From positions 96,001-160,000 of IMG/VR virus record IMGVR_UViG_3300008952_000003: DNA of 64,000 nt, one strand, 5' to 3'. The translations under genes and the position numbers were made by a program. Source of the DNA: a virus. Below are positions 9,256 through 19,128 of this stretch, one piece after another (the first letter of the stretch is position 1; every line of letters starts with the position of its first letter). The notes below the pieces were generated by a model that saw nothing but the letters and a program-made list of their open reading frames with translations, searched no databases and had not been told where the DNA came from.

Positions 9256-10460
9256 GTACTTTTCGTGAACATAAATCAGTTGCAGACCGGTCGGCATCGG
9301 ACAGGAAGAGACACAAACATAAGATCGAGAAAGCACTCCGAGAGGGAATCAAGGATGTAGTCGCCGATGAATCCATTATCGGCCAGGACGGCAAAAAGAG
9401 AATAAAGATTCCAGTAAAAGGAATCAAGGAATATCAATTTATATATGGTGAGAATAAAGACAATAATAAAGCCGGCTCAGCCGGCGATAAACAAGTCAAA
9501 AAGGGTCAAATTTTAAGAAAAAAGCCACGAAAGGGAAAAGGCAAAGCCCCCGGTAAGAAAGGCAGTGACGAGCCGGGAGAAGAATATTACGAAGTAGAAA
9601 TAACTCTAGAAGAGTTGGCAGAATATTTATTTGATAATTTGGATTTGCCTGATTTACAAAAAAAGAAGTTTAGGTTTATTAAAGATAAAAAACTCAAAAG
9701 ACGCGGCTACCGAAAGAAGGGAATCAGAACTAGACTATCGAAGAAAGAAACGATAAAAAGAAAGATAAGAAGAAAAAAGAGAGCCATAGCTTCCGGAGCC
9801 TTTGATCCCGAGGGTGAAGAGAGATTCCCATTCCACCAGGATGACTTGAAATATAAACATATGAAAATAAAGAATGTTGAGAATAGCTCAGCAGTCGTCT
9901 TCTTTCTTATGGATGTATCAGGGTCTATGGACAAAAATAAGAAATATTTAGCACGAAGTTTTTATTTCCTACTGTATCAGTTCTTGAGATATCGATATGA
10001 GAATATTGATGTGGTTTTTATATCTCATTCAACAGAAGCTAAGGAAGTTGGCGAATCGGAATTCTTTGAAAGGGCCACTTCCGGAGGAACTCTAATGTCT
10101 TCAGCCCTCCAGATGGAAAAAGACATCATAGAGAAAAGATATCATCCGTCTTCATGGAATATTTATACTTTTTATTGCGGCGACGGAGAAAATTGGACCA
10201 TTGATAATGCAAAATCAATAGACTTGATAAAGTCGTTGGCAGAGGTTAATCAAATGGTGTGCTATGCAGAAATTAATCCGTTCTTCGCTTCCGGGTCAGA
10301 TAATGATACATTTTTTGTGTTACGCCCGGAAAATGACCCTAATAGTATTTGGTCACGCTTAGGAGTACTTGAAGGTGGGAACATAAAGATGGTAAGAATG
10401 GCCACTCCCGAAGATATCTGGCCATCTTTTCAGAAACTGTTTGGGGGTGATATTTCATGA
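9252..10460 (+). CDS. yeaH: YeaH/YhbH family (DUF444) VWA protein
   Basis: DRKRHKHKIEKALRE...KRIKIPVKGIKEYQF N-terminus, EITLEELAEYLF..L.LP.L, MIDAS DVSGSM, GGT, DGENW. Confidence 0.92.
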   Translation: MSTFREHKSVADRSASDRKRHKHKIEKALREGIKDVVADESIIGQDGKKRIKIPVKGIKEYQFIYGENKDNNKAGSAGDKQVKKGQILRKKPRKGKGKAPGKKGSDEPGEEYYEVEITLEELAEYLFDNLDLPDLQKKKFRFIKDKKLKRRGYRKKGIRTRLSKKETIKRKIRRKKRAIASGAFDPEGEERFPFHQDDLKYKHMKIKNVENSSAVVFFLMDVSGSMDKNKKYLARSFYFLLYQFLRYRYENIDVVFISHSTEAKEVGESEFFERATSGGTLMSSALQMEKDIIEKRYHPSSWNIYTFYCGDGENWTIDNAKSIDLIKSLAEVNQMVCYAEINPFFASGSDNDTFFVLRPENDPNSIWSRLGVLEGGNIKMVRMATPEDIWPSFQKLFGGDIS

Positions 10461-11758
10461 GGGACTGGACTGTAAAAGAATTACAAAAATGGGATAAAGA
10501 AATTTGCAAAATAGCAAAAGAAAAATATGATCTTGATTGGTTCCCAATAGAATATGAGATATTGGATTATCATGAGATGTTGAGTTCTATGGCGTACAGT
10601 GGCCTGCCGACTCACTATCGACATTGGTCATTCGGAAAAGCGTTCGAGAGGACCTCTACTCGCTACAACTTGGGAATGGAGGGTCTGCCATACGAGATGA
10701 TCATTAATAGCGATCCTAGCATTGCCTATTTGATGCTTGAGAATCCAATGAGTATACATTTACTAACAATGGCACACTGTGTGGGTCATTCTGATTTTTT
10801 TAAAAATAATCGCATGTTTAAAGATACGGATCCTGCAAATATCATATCTAAATTTAAATCAGCATCAAAAAGAGTAAGGGATTATATCGAAGATCCAAGT
10901 ATTGGAATTGATAAAGTAGAGGCAATGTTGGATGCATGCCACTCAATACAGTATCAAGTACAAAGGACTCCTGGAATAATAAGAGATGCGGATACTGACA
11001 AAAAAGAAACAGAAAATAATAGTAAAAAAATAATAAATGAATTATTTCATTTCGAAAACTTGAAGGATTATAATTTGCTTGGCTTCATAAAAGAGAACTC
11101 TCGCAATTTGGAGGACTGGCAAAGAGATTTGGTGGGGATGGTTGAGAGGAGGTCTCAATATTTTATTCCACAAGCGAAAACAAAGATCATGAACGAAGGC
11201 TGGGCAGTCACAATTCATGAAAAGATCATGAACGATTTAAAACTACCAGACAAATATCAAATAGCTTTTTTGAAATCGCATAATCAAGTTGTGAGGCCGG
11301 TAGTTGGCAGAATTAATCCATATCACCTTGGATATAGCATGTTCAAGAAGATAGAGAAGCAGCGCGGATTTGAGGAGTGTAAGCTGGTTCGAGAGACGCA
11401 TGACGACGAGGCTTTTATAAGGAAATACTTAGATGAAGAATTGTGCAGAGAGCTAAATCTATTCAGTTATTCCTACAATAGACTGGGAAGAAAATACTCA
11501 ATTAGTGATATTTCTGACAAAGAAGGGTGGAAAAGCGTGAGAGACGCCCTAATTAGCAATGTGGGACTTAACAGCGTGCCCGTTGTTTATGTCGATAAGT
11601 TTAATAAGAAAATGAATATCCTTTATTTGAAACACGAGCATGACGGCAGAGATCTGGAGATCAAATATGCAAACAAGGTGTATGATCATATTAGATTTTT
11701 GTGGGATGATGATATAATATTTACTTCCATTTTGGAAGGTGAACTATGGGAATTTTAA
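10457..11758 (+). CDS. spoVR: SpoVR / YcgB family protein
   Basis: GLP.HYRHWSFGK, GLPYEMIINSDP, AHCVGHSDFFKNN, PQAKTKIMNEGWA, NPYHLG. Confidence 0.93.
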   Translation: MRDWTVKELQKWDKEICKIAKEKYDLDWFPIEYEILDYHEMLSSMAYSGLPTHYRHWSFGKAFERTSTRYNLGMEGLPYEMIINSDPSIAYLMLENPMSIHLLTMAHCVGHSDFFKNNRMFKDTDPANIISKFKSASKRVRDYIEDPSIGIDKVEAMLDACHSIQYQVQRTPGIIRDADTDKKETENNSKKIINELFHFENLKDYNLLGFIKENSRNLEDWQRDLVGMVERRSQYFIPQAKTKIMNEGWAVTIHEKIMNDLKLPDKYQIAFLKSHNQVVRPVVGRINPYHLGYSMFKKIEKQRGFEECKLVRETHDDEAFIRKYLDEELCRELNLFSYSYNRLGRKYSISDISDKEGWKSVRDALISNVGLNSVPVVYVDKFNKKMNILYLKHEHDGRDLEIKYANKVYDHIRFLWDDDIIFTSILEGELWEF

Positions 11759-11759
11759 G

Positions 11760-13694
11760 ATGACAAAAACAAATGAATTTTTAGATATCGTTGAGAAGAG
11801 AAGCAAGGAAAAAAAGAGAAGTAAGTTTTCTGGTGCTTTTTCCGACTATTTGGATTTGGTGGAAGAAGACAGAGGAATTTCCATCTTGGCTCACAGAAGG
11901 CTATATGATACAATAAAATCCTACGGAATAACAAGAATGACGCCAGATGACGGCCGCTGCGCAAATCTATTTAATGGCGAAAAAATAAGAACCTACGACT
12001 ATTTTCAGTCCAATTTCTTTGGTATGGAGAGGTCCTTGGCTAAAATTATGAGATATTTGCACTCTGCGGCCATGCGAGGCGAGGAGAGCAAGCAAGTTCT
12101 TCTTCTGCTGGGCCCAGTTGGGGCTGGAAAATCTGCTCTAATCGAACATATCAAACGCGCTTTGGAGTCTGCAGGCTCATTTTATCAAATAGGTGGTTGT
12201 CCGATTCAAGAGGAGCCGCTACATTTGGTTCCGAGGAGCTTGAGGGAGGAATTTAAGAATATTTATGGGATCTCGATTGAGGGAGATTTGTGTCCCGTCT
12301 GTCGACATAATTTGCTAAATGAGTACGACGGTGATTATTTAAACATGCCAGTGGTTGAGACGACTTTCTCAATAAGGGGTCGCAGAGGTATCGGAGTTGT
12401 TCCGCCGATGGACGCAAATACTCAAGATACCAGCATCTTGATAGGCTCTGAGGATATTTCTAAGTTAGATTTGTATCCCGAAGACGACCCGAGAGCCCTG
12501 AGTTTTAATGGGGCCTTTAATGTCGGAAATCGAGGGATTGTTGAGTTTGTAGAGGTATTCAAAAATGAGATAGAATTTCTCCACACCATGATCACAGCAA
12601 CGCAAGAGAAGGCTATTCCAAGCCCCGGAAAGGGCGCCATGATTTATTTCGATGGGGTTATATTAGCTCACTGCAATGAGGCAGAATGGAATAAGTTTAA
12701 ATCAGAGAACACCAATGAGGCTATTCTAGATAGAATTGTTAGAGTGAATGTTCCATATTGCCTTGAGGTCACAGAAGAACAGAAGATATATCAAAAAATG
12801 CTCGATGAGTCTGATTTTGATGCACATATTGCACCACACACGCTTGAAATTGCAGCAATGTTCGCTGTACTATCCCGTCTAAAGATCTCCAACAAGGTTG
12901 ATCCCATTACAAAGATGAAGATTTACAATGGGGAGGAAATTGTTGAGAAGGGATATATTAAGAAAATCGATATTAATGATCTCAGAGAAGAGGCGAGAGA
13001 TGAGGGAATGACTGGCCTCTCAACTAGATTCATAATGAAATCAATCGACGCCGCTTTGGCCGATTCGGATAGAAATATGGTTACTCCTATATCAATTCGA
13101 GATGCTCTGGTGAAACAAGTCAAAGAACAAGTTGTCGTCGAAGAGCTAAGAGAAAAGTATCTATCATTTCTCCAGAAAGAGCTTCACGATGAATATTTGA
13201 GAATACTAGAAAAAGAAATAACCAAAGCTTTTGTTTCTGCGTATAAAGAGCAGGCTGAATCACTCTTTGACAATTATCTTGATCATGCTGAAGCGTATGT
13301 CAACGCCACAAAGGTGAAGGATAACATCACCGGAGAGGAGATGGTCGCTGATGAGGAATTTTTGTGCTCCATTGAAGAGCAAATTGGTATTGTCGGCTCG
13401 GCACGAGAAAACTTCAGAGCAGATATAACTGCTTATATGTTTGCCAAGTTGAGAAGAAAAGAGAAAATTGACTGGAGAGCATACGGCCCGCTTAAAGAAG
13501 CAATCGAGAACAAACTATTGGATTCGGTGAGAGACATATCCAGAATTGTGACTAAATCAAAGTCCAGAGACAATAAGCAGAAAAAGAAATACAATGAGAT
13601 GGTCAAGACTCTCATTGAGGACTATGGATATAGCGAAGATTCTGCAAATGAAATTATTAAATATGCCTCGAATAATCTCTGGCGCGATAGCTAA
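11760..13694 (+). CDS. prkA: PrkA / YeaG family AAA+ protein (serine kinase/ATPase)
   Basis: Walker A GPVGAGKS, FNGAFNVGNRGIVEFVEVFK, AHCNEAEW, NEAILDRI..V.VPYCL. Start ATG 11760 preferred over GTG 11739. Confidence 0.93.
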   Translation: MTKTNEFLDIVEKRSKEKKRSKFSGAFSDYLDLVEEDRGISILAHRRLYDTIKSYGITRMTPDDGRCANLFNGEKIRTYDYFQSNFFGMERSLAKIMRYLHSAAMRGEESKQVLLLLGPVGAGKSALIEHIKRALESAGSFYQIGGCPIQEEPLHLVPRSLREEFKNIYGISIEGDLCPVCRHNLLNEYDGDYLNMPVVETTFSIRGRRGIGVVPPMDANTQDTSILIGSEDISKLDLYPEDDPRALSFNGAFNVGNRGIVEFVEVFKNEIEFLHTMITATQEKAIPSPGKGAMIYFDGVILAHCNEAEWNKFKSENTNEAILDRIVRVNVPYCLEVTEEQKIYQKMLDESDFDAHIAPHTLEIAAMFAVLSRLKISNKVDPITKMKIYNGEEIVEKGYIKKIDINDLREEARDEGMTGLSTRFIMKSIDAALADSDRNMVTPISIRDALVKQVKEQVVVEELREKYLSFLQKELHDEYLRILEKEITKAFVSAYKEQAESLFDNYLDHAEAYVNATKVKDNITGEEMVADEEFLCSIEEQIGIVGSARENFRADITAYMFAKLRRKEKIDWRAYGPLKEAIENKLLDSVRDISRIVTKSKSRDNKQKKKYNEMVKTLIEDYGYSEDSANEIIKYASNNLWRDS

Positions 13695-13721
13695 GATATT
13701 TTAAAAAATAGTATTTAAAAT

Positions 13722-13757
13722 AAGCCCCTTATTTCATTTAGAAAAGGGGCTTCTTTG
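13722..13757 (+). terminator. Terminator-like hairpin after prkA
   Basis: AAGCCCCTT...AAGGGGCTT inverted repeat followed by CTTT. Confidence 0.65.
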
Positions 13758-13889
13758 TGTCTTTTCGATATCGGACTCTCTATGTATTCCCGGACAAGGA
13801 TATAAATCACTCTCGTCCCTGGTTTCTTTAACAATGTTTATCGAAACTGGCATATTTTAATTTCAAAACAATAAGGAGAAAATAACAAT

Positions 13890-15020
13890 ATGGCTAAAAC
13901 AAGAATTAATGTCCGTCAGGTCGACCTGGAACTTGCAGGTGGAGCCTCGGACTATGAAACAATGGCAGAAGCAGTCGCCGCAGAGGGCGCAGCCCTCGTT
14001 GGTAAGCTGGTTCCTGCTAAGTTTGACCCAAAATATTTGGGTGTTAGTCTTTCTGTCGCCGATTATGACGGTGCAGCATCTGACTATACAATCGTAAACA
14101 AGGGAGTACTGACCTCCCTGTCAGCCTCAATCACGGCTACCACAGACCTCCACATGAGCTACCTGAACGCCGATTATAATGCCCTCCTGACGGCTTCGGC
14201 TGAACGTGCAGCACTTCAGGCTGATATTGATCAGAACGAAGCAGACGCAGACGCAGCAATCGCAGCACTTCAAGCTGACGTTGATCAGAACGAAACAGAC
14301 GGCGATACCGATCGCGCAGCAATTCGCTCTGAATTCGCAGCAGCAGATGCAATCCAGTGGAAGAACGTGCTAGGCGCCGTAGGCGCAGTTCAAGCTGACG
14401 TTGATCAGAACGAAACAGACGGCGATACCGATCGCGCAGCAATTCGCTCTGAATTCGCAGCAGCAGATACAGCAATTCTGCTCCAAATCGCTACGAACCT
14501 AACAAACGGTACCGCAGCCCTCGCAGCAGTTCAAGCTGACGTTGACGGTAACGAAGCAGACGCTGACGCAGCAGACGCAGTTCTCCAGGGTCAGATTACA
14601 TCTAACGATGCCGACATCGCTACGAACGCCGCCGACATCGCAACAGAGACAGCACGCGCTCTTGCAGCAGAAGCAGTTAATGCTGGCTTGATTAGTGCAG
14701 AAGCGACTCGCGCTACTGCAGCAGAAGGTGTACTCACCACAGATGTGTTGGAACTCAACGCTGATGTCCTCGCACTTCACGGAAGACACTTCAGAGCAAG
14801 TAGTGTTGTAGTTGCAGGAGGCGCCCATGGTGTTTCTGTTTCTCCAGCAGACGCAGGCTCGTTGCAAGTATTTGTTAACGGTCTACTTAAAGTGGCTGGA
14901 GACGATTACACTGTAACTGCAGACGGAAACGGTTCTGTTACTGACGTTAGTGTTCTTGGTTGTGAAGCAGGTGATGATGTCACCGTCATGGGTCAAGGAT
15001 ACGTGTCTCTAACATCGTAA
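13890..15020 (+). CDS. Fibrous coiled-coil virion protein (whisker/head or tail fibre-like)
   Basis: Ala/Asp-rich heptad-like repeats (LQADVDQNE...), C-terminal VFVNGLLKVAGDDYTV domain, strong AAGGAG SD, own terminator. Confidence 0.55.
   Translation: MAKTRINVRQVDLELAGGASDYETMAEAVAAEGAALVGKLVPAKFDPKYLGVSLSVADYDGAASDYTIVNKGVLTSLSASITATTDLHMSYLNADYNALLTASAERAALQADIDQNEADADAAIAALQADVDQNETDGDTDRAAIRSEFAAADAIQWKNVLGAVGAVQADVDQNETDGDTDRAAIRSEFAAADTAILLQIATNLTNGTAALAAVQADVDGNEADADAADAVLQGQITSNDADIATNAADIATETARALAAEAVNAGLISAEATRATAAEGVLTTDVLELNADVLALHGRHFRASSVVVAGGAHGVSVSPADAGSLQVFVNGLLKVAGDDYTVTADGNGSVTDVSVLGCEAGDDVTVMGQGYVSLTS
14269..14468 (+). repeat. 80-bp exact direct repeat (14269-14348 and 14389-14468), period 120 nt, in frame
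   Basis: Read directly; encodes QADVDQNETDGDTDRAAIRSEFAAAD twice. Confidence 0.95.
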
Positions 15021-15065
15021 TCTAAATCATTAATGTGATATTCCAATTTTATTGAAATATTGCTT

Positions 15066-15099
15066 GGCCCTCCCAAATTAATGGGAGGGCCTTTTTTTT
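15066..15099 (+). terminator. Strong intrinsic terminator
   Basis: GGCCCTCCCA-AATTAA-TGGGAGGGCC followed by T8. Confidence 0.9.
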
Positions 15100-15102
15100 A
15101 AA

Positions 15103-15110
15103 ACTATTTA
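15103..15110 (+). promoter_or_regulatory. Putative late promoter motif ACTATTTA
   Basis: Immediately after the terminator, upstream of ORF 15141. Confidence 0.55.
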
Positions 15111-15140
15111 AAATTGATTGCATGTCAAGGAGTCACAAAC

Positions 15141-15515
15141 ATGTTCGAGAAAATAAGAAACTTTTTTAACCCTGCTAGTAAGGCTGAATCGGAAGAAGAA
15201 GTCTCCGAAGAGTTAATCCAGGAGCCCAAGCCAGAAATACCAGATACGCTTGAGGTCCCATGGGAAGACATAGTTCAATTGAAGAATATCGATATCGCCA
15301 GAAAGAAGGTCTATAGCCAGTTAAAAGAGTTATTATATAATGCGAAGCTTGCTGAAAGAAACGCTTTTCAGACCTTGGACGCCTATCGAGACATCGAGAA
15401 AGAAAAGCTAGAAAAACTGCATGAAAAATACAAAATCCCAGCAGATGGGAGCTACGACTTCGAATTACCAGAGGTAACGGGCAAGCGAGGATACTTTAAG
15501 AAAAGAAATAAGTAG
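15141..15515 (+). CDS. Hypothetical protein
   Basis: ATG 15141 with AAGGAG SD preferred over TTG 15114. Confidence 0.6.
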   Translation: MFEKIRNFFNPASKAESEEEVSEELIQEPKPEIPDTLEVPWEDIVQLKNIDIARKKVYSQLKELLYNAKLAERNAFQTLDAYRDIEKEKLEKLHEKYKIPADGSYDFELPEVTGKRGYFKKRNK

Positions 15516-15557
15516 ACTCATTCTAGAATATTTAATATGACTTTGAAAAAATAATAA

Positions 15558-15565
15558 ACTATTTA
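15558..15565 (+). promoter_or_regulatory. Putative late promoter motif ACTATTTA
   Basis: Upstream of the sheath gene. Confidence 0.6.
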
Positions 15566-15605
15566 TAGTATAACAGGATTTTATTTCCCGTAGGAGAAAA
15601 TTTAA

Positions 15606-18461
15606 ATGTCAGTCAAAAAGTTCAAATTTGTATCGCCAGGTGTGTTTTTAAGCGAAGTTGACAATTCGCAACTACCTGCTGCAGAGCGAGAAATCGGACC
15701 ACTTCTTGTAGGCCGAACCCAATTCGGACCAGCCATGAGGCCCGTCACGGTCCAGTCTTTTTCGGAATATGTAGAGACTTTTGGAAATCCAGTGCCAGGG
15801 TCATCCGGCGGGGATGTCTGGAGAGATGGTAACCAGCAGGGCCCCACCTATGCGGCTTACGCAGCCCAAGCTTATCTTAAGGCGGACGTGGGCCCAGTGA
15901 CAATGGTTCGTTTGTTGGGTTCGGACAATCCAGACTTCATCGGAAGTCCGGTCGCATCAAATCGCGCCGCCGCAGGTTGGGCGACAGAAGGCACAATTGA
16001 CCCAGGAAACGACGGTGGCGCCTATGCCCTGGTTGTTTGCAATAGTTCTTCTACACCCACTGGAGAAGTCCAAACAGCAACGATAGGGGCTATCTGGTAC
16101 ATCAATGACGGCACAATATCCCTAAGCGGAACTCTCGCCGGCCCTGGAGGGGCAACCAGCCAAACTGGCTCATATGCACTCTTCAGAAACAATGGGTCAG
16201 CATTCAATCCAGAATATACAGCTATCATAAAGGACTCGGGAGGAAATATAGTCCACAAGACTGCATTCAATGGAGATCCTGATTCTGCCAAGTATATTCG
16301 CAATGTTTTTAATACAAATCCACAACTGTTAAACTCGGATGTGGTGGACACAAGTGCCTTTTCTCATGGAGAGGATCTATATTGGCTTGGTGAAACATTC
16401 GAGGGTGCTTTATCAACAAAGAATTTAAGTAATCCGGACGCAATGATCGTTGCTCTAGGAAATGATATAGGAACTGTCAGCAGATCCGATATGAAAGAGA
16501 ACTACCGAGAGGCATCTACTGGCTGGTTCATTTCTCAGGATTTAACAACAGATACCGGATCTTACAGCCCCAGAACTCAAGACACTCTCTTCAGAATTGT
16601 CGCGAGAGATGCGGGCGAGAGCATACAAAATACTTTAAAAATATCAATACAAAATGTCAAAGCATCTACGAGTCTTCTTGATCAATATGGAACCTTCGAT
16701 GTTGTCGTGAGAAGAGCCAACGATTCGGACAATGTTGTAAAGTATGTTGAAAGATATACCAATCTGTCCCTCAATCCTGCTTCTGATAATTACATCGGTG
16801 TCAAGATAGGTGACAAATACACAGAATATGATGATGACCAAAAGAGACTTAGAGAATATGGCGAATATAATAATCAATCAAAATACATTCGAGTGGACAT
16901 TAGAGATGACGTAGCATCAGGTCTAACTGATGCAAAATATCTTCCATTTGGAGTGCAGGGCCCCAGAATCCCCGCCCCCGTTACTATGAGTAGCGGCTCC
17001 ACAACTATGACCGTGCCGCTAGGTCTCGGGTCAATAATAGTCACCGGATCATTAGCGGCCGATACGAAGGCATCAGCAACATCGATGTATGATGCTGGGG
17101 GATACATCCAACATACCTGTTCTGTGGAGTGGCCCCTGGTTACCTTAAGACACTCCGCTTCTGACGGGGGGATTGGAAATCCAAAGGACGCATTCTTTGG
17201 TGCCCAATCATCAACACAGGTCTCCCTCAATGACAATATTAACTTCGATCAAGGCTACGGCGACCTTCTACGGGCTTTTCCAACAGCCCTCGAAGGTACT
17301 ATGGCAGCCGGCTGGGTATTCTCTCTGGATGATGTAGTCATCAGTGGATCTGCCACAGCATTTTATCAAGAAAACTCCAGAGTAAACGGCAATTCGGCAA
17401 CAGCCCAGGGTGACTACAAGTCTATCTTGGAGGCTGGATATGATAGTTTTACTGCTCCTCTTTATGGTGGGTTTGATGGATTAAACATCACGGAAATTGA
17501 GCCATTTAGAAATAGCGCAATGACTTCCGCAGATAATGAGTTCACCAACTATGCTTTCAACTCAATACAACAGGCGCTTAATAGCGTGGCAGACCCAGAG
17601 GTGGCTGAATACAACCTCCTCGCTGTTCCTGGATTGACGAATACAAAGTTAACACAGCACATGATCAACACTTGTGAAGACCGCGCAGACGCGCTAGCAG
17701 TTGTTGACTTAGGGAGTGTTTATGAGCCCTTTACTGAGACAACCGACTCCTTTAAAGAAAGAATAAGCACGCCAAAGGATGCCGTAGACGCACTTAGGTT
17801 GAGGCAAATTGATTCTTCATACGCTTGCACCTATTTTCCATGGGTCCAGGTTAGGGATACGATCGCCTCACGCCTCTTGTGGGTACCACCTTCAGTAATC
17901 GGCCTTGGAGTCATGGCTAACTCGGAAGCAAAATCAGAAGTCTGGTTCGCCCCGGCTGGCTTTAATCGCGGAGGACTCACAGAGGGATCTGCAGGCCTCC
18001 CAGTCGCGGGATTGACATATAAGTTGACTTCGAAAGATAGGGATCTTCTCTACGATGCGAGCGTTAATCCAATCGCCTCATTTCCTTCCGAAGGAATCGT
18101 GGTCTTTGGACAAAAGACTATGCAAGTTCAGAGATCTGCACTCGATAGAATCAATGTCAGAAGACTAATGATTTTCATCAAGAAGCAGGTTTCCAGAATC
18201 TCTTCAGGTCTCTTGTTTGATCAAAATGTTAGCGTGACGTGGGAAAGGTTCTTGAATCAAGTCAACCCTCTGTTGGCTAGTATCCAATCCAGACTCGGCT
18301 TAACTGAGTTTAAGGTGGTCTTGGATGAAACAACTACGACCCCGGATTTGATAGATCAAAACATCATGTATGCCAAGATATTCTTGAAGCCCGCAAGAGC
18401 TATTGAATTCATCGCAGTTGATTTTGTGATCACAAGATCCGGCGCATCTTTTGATGATTAA
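15606..18461 (+). CDS. gp18: Tail sheath protein (T4 gp18-like)
   Basis: N-terminal FVSPGVFLSEVD; C-terminal WFAPAGFNRG, RDLLYDASVNPIA, LDRINVRRL, KIFLKPARAIEFIAVDF. Confidence 0.93.
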   Translation: MSVKKFKFVSPGVFLSEVDNSQLPAAEREIGPLLVGRTQFGPAMRPVTVQSFSEYVETFGNPVPGSSGGDVWRDGNQQGPTYAAYAAQAYLKADVGPVTMVRLLGSDNPDFIGSPVASNRAAAGWATEGTIDPGNDGGAYALVVCNSSSTPTGEVQTATIGAIWYINDGTISLSGTLAGPGGATSQTGSYALFRNNGSAFNPEYTAIIKDSGGNIVHKTAFNGDPDSAKYIRNVFNTNPQLLNSDVVDTSAFSHGEDLYWLGETFEGALSTKNLSNPDAMIVALGNDIGTVSRSDMKENYREASTGWFISQDLTTDTGSYSPRTQDTLFRIVARDAGESIQNTLKISIQNVKASTSLLDQYGTFDVVVRRANDSDNVVKYVERYTNLSLNPASDNYIGVKIGDKYTEYDDDQKRLREYGEYNNQSKYIRVDIRDDVASGLTDAKYLPFGVQGPRIPAPVTMSSGSTTMTVPLGLGSIIVTGSLAADTKASATSMYDAGGYIQHTCSVEWPLVTLRHSASDGGIGNPKDAFFGAQSSTQVSLNDNINFDQGYGDLLRAFPTALEGTMAAGWVFSLDDVVISGSATAFYQENSRVNGNSATAQGDYKSILEAGYDSFTAPLYGGFDGLNITEIEPFRNSAMTSADNEFTNYAFNSIQQALNSVADPEVAEYNLLAVPGLTNTKLTQHMINTCEDRADALAVVDLGSVYEPFTETTDSFKERISTPKDAVDALRLRQIDSSYACTYFPWVQVRDTIASRLLWVPPSVIGLGVMANSEAKSEVWFAPAGFNRGGLTEGSAGLPVAGLTYKLTSKDRDLLYDASVNPIASFPSEGIVVFGQKTMQVQRSALDRINVRRLMIFIKKQVSRISSGLLFDQNVSVTWERFLNQVNPLLASIQSRLGLTEFKVVLDETTTTPDLIDQNIMYAKIFLKPARAIEFIAVDFVITRSGASFDD

Positions 18462-18474
18462 AAGAAAACTAATA

Positions 18475-18482
18475 ACTATTTA
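18475..18482 (+). promoter_or_regulatory. Putative late promoter motif ACTATTTA
   Basis: Upstream of the tail tube gene. Confidence 0.6.
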
Positions 18483-18518
18483 AGATATAATACACATCAT
18501 AAAGGAGTATTTTAAGAC

Positions 18519-19103
18519 ATGGCATTCTGGACAGACGCACAAAATAAAGATCCAAAAAGAGCATTTAGATTTATGGTCCAAATTGGCGGCATGGAAAATG
18601 GCGCTACTTGGTATGCTAAGGCAGTGACGAAGCCAAAAATAACTGTTGAAGAGGCAGATCACACTTTTCTAAATCACAAATTTTACTATCCTGGGAGAAC
18701 AAGCTGGGATTCCGTAGAAATTACCCTGGTCGACCCCGTTAGTCCGGACGCCGCTGCAAATACTGCAGCCATCATTCGTGCTTCTGGCTATACTCCACCA
18801 AAAGATGTCAATGACGTTACCACTATGTCAAAAGCAGCAGCAGTTAAAGCTCTCAACGGCGTAGTGATCAAACAGATTGATTCTGTTGGCGAGACTCTTG
18901 AAAAATGGACTCTTTGGAATGCTTTTCTTACTAACGTTACTTATGGTGATCTGACTTATGATGAAGATGGCCTTACGGAAATCACAATGACAGTCCGCTT
19001 TGATTGGGCCGTACTAGAGACACTCAACGAATCAAAAACTGGAAGAACCACACCTGAAGGCGCTTCAGCCGATGGAAAAACATTCTTCAAACCAGGAAGC
19101 TGA
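18519..19103 (+). CDS. gp19: Tail tube protein (T4 gp19-like)
   Basis: DPKRAFRFMVQI, KFYYPGRTSWDSVEITLVDP, WTLWNAF...V.YGDL.YD...TEITMTVRFDWA; follows the sheath. Confidence 0.88.
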   Translation: MAFWTDAQNKDPKRAFRFMVQIGGMENGATWYAKAVTKPKITVEEADHTFLNHKFYYPGRTSWDSVEITLVDPVSPDAAANTAAIIRASGYTPPKDVNDVTTMSKAAAVKALNGVVIKQIDSVGETLEKWTLWNAFLTNVTYGDLTYDEDGLTEITMTVRFDWAVLETLNESKTGRTTPEGASADGKTFFKPGS

Positions 19104-19128
19104 TAAATAATTTTAAGAGAGGTGTATA

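Noticed and set aside
13788-13825. CCGGACAAGG resembling the start of a guanidine-III riboswitch
   Set aside because: The downstream pairing and pseudoknot elements are missing; only a weak GGAC/GTCC stem is present.
14269-14468. 80-bp repeat pair as a DGR template/variable repeat
   Set aside because: The copies are identical (no A-specific mismatches), both lie in one CDS, and no reverse transcriptase is in the window.
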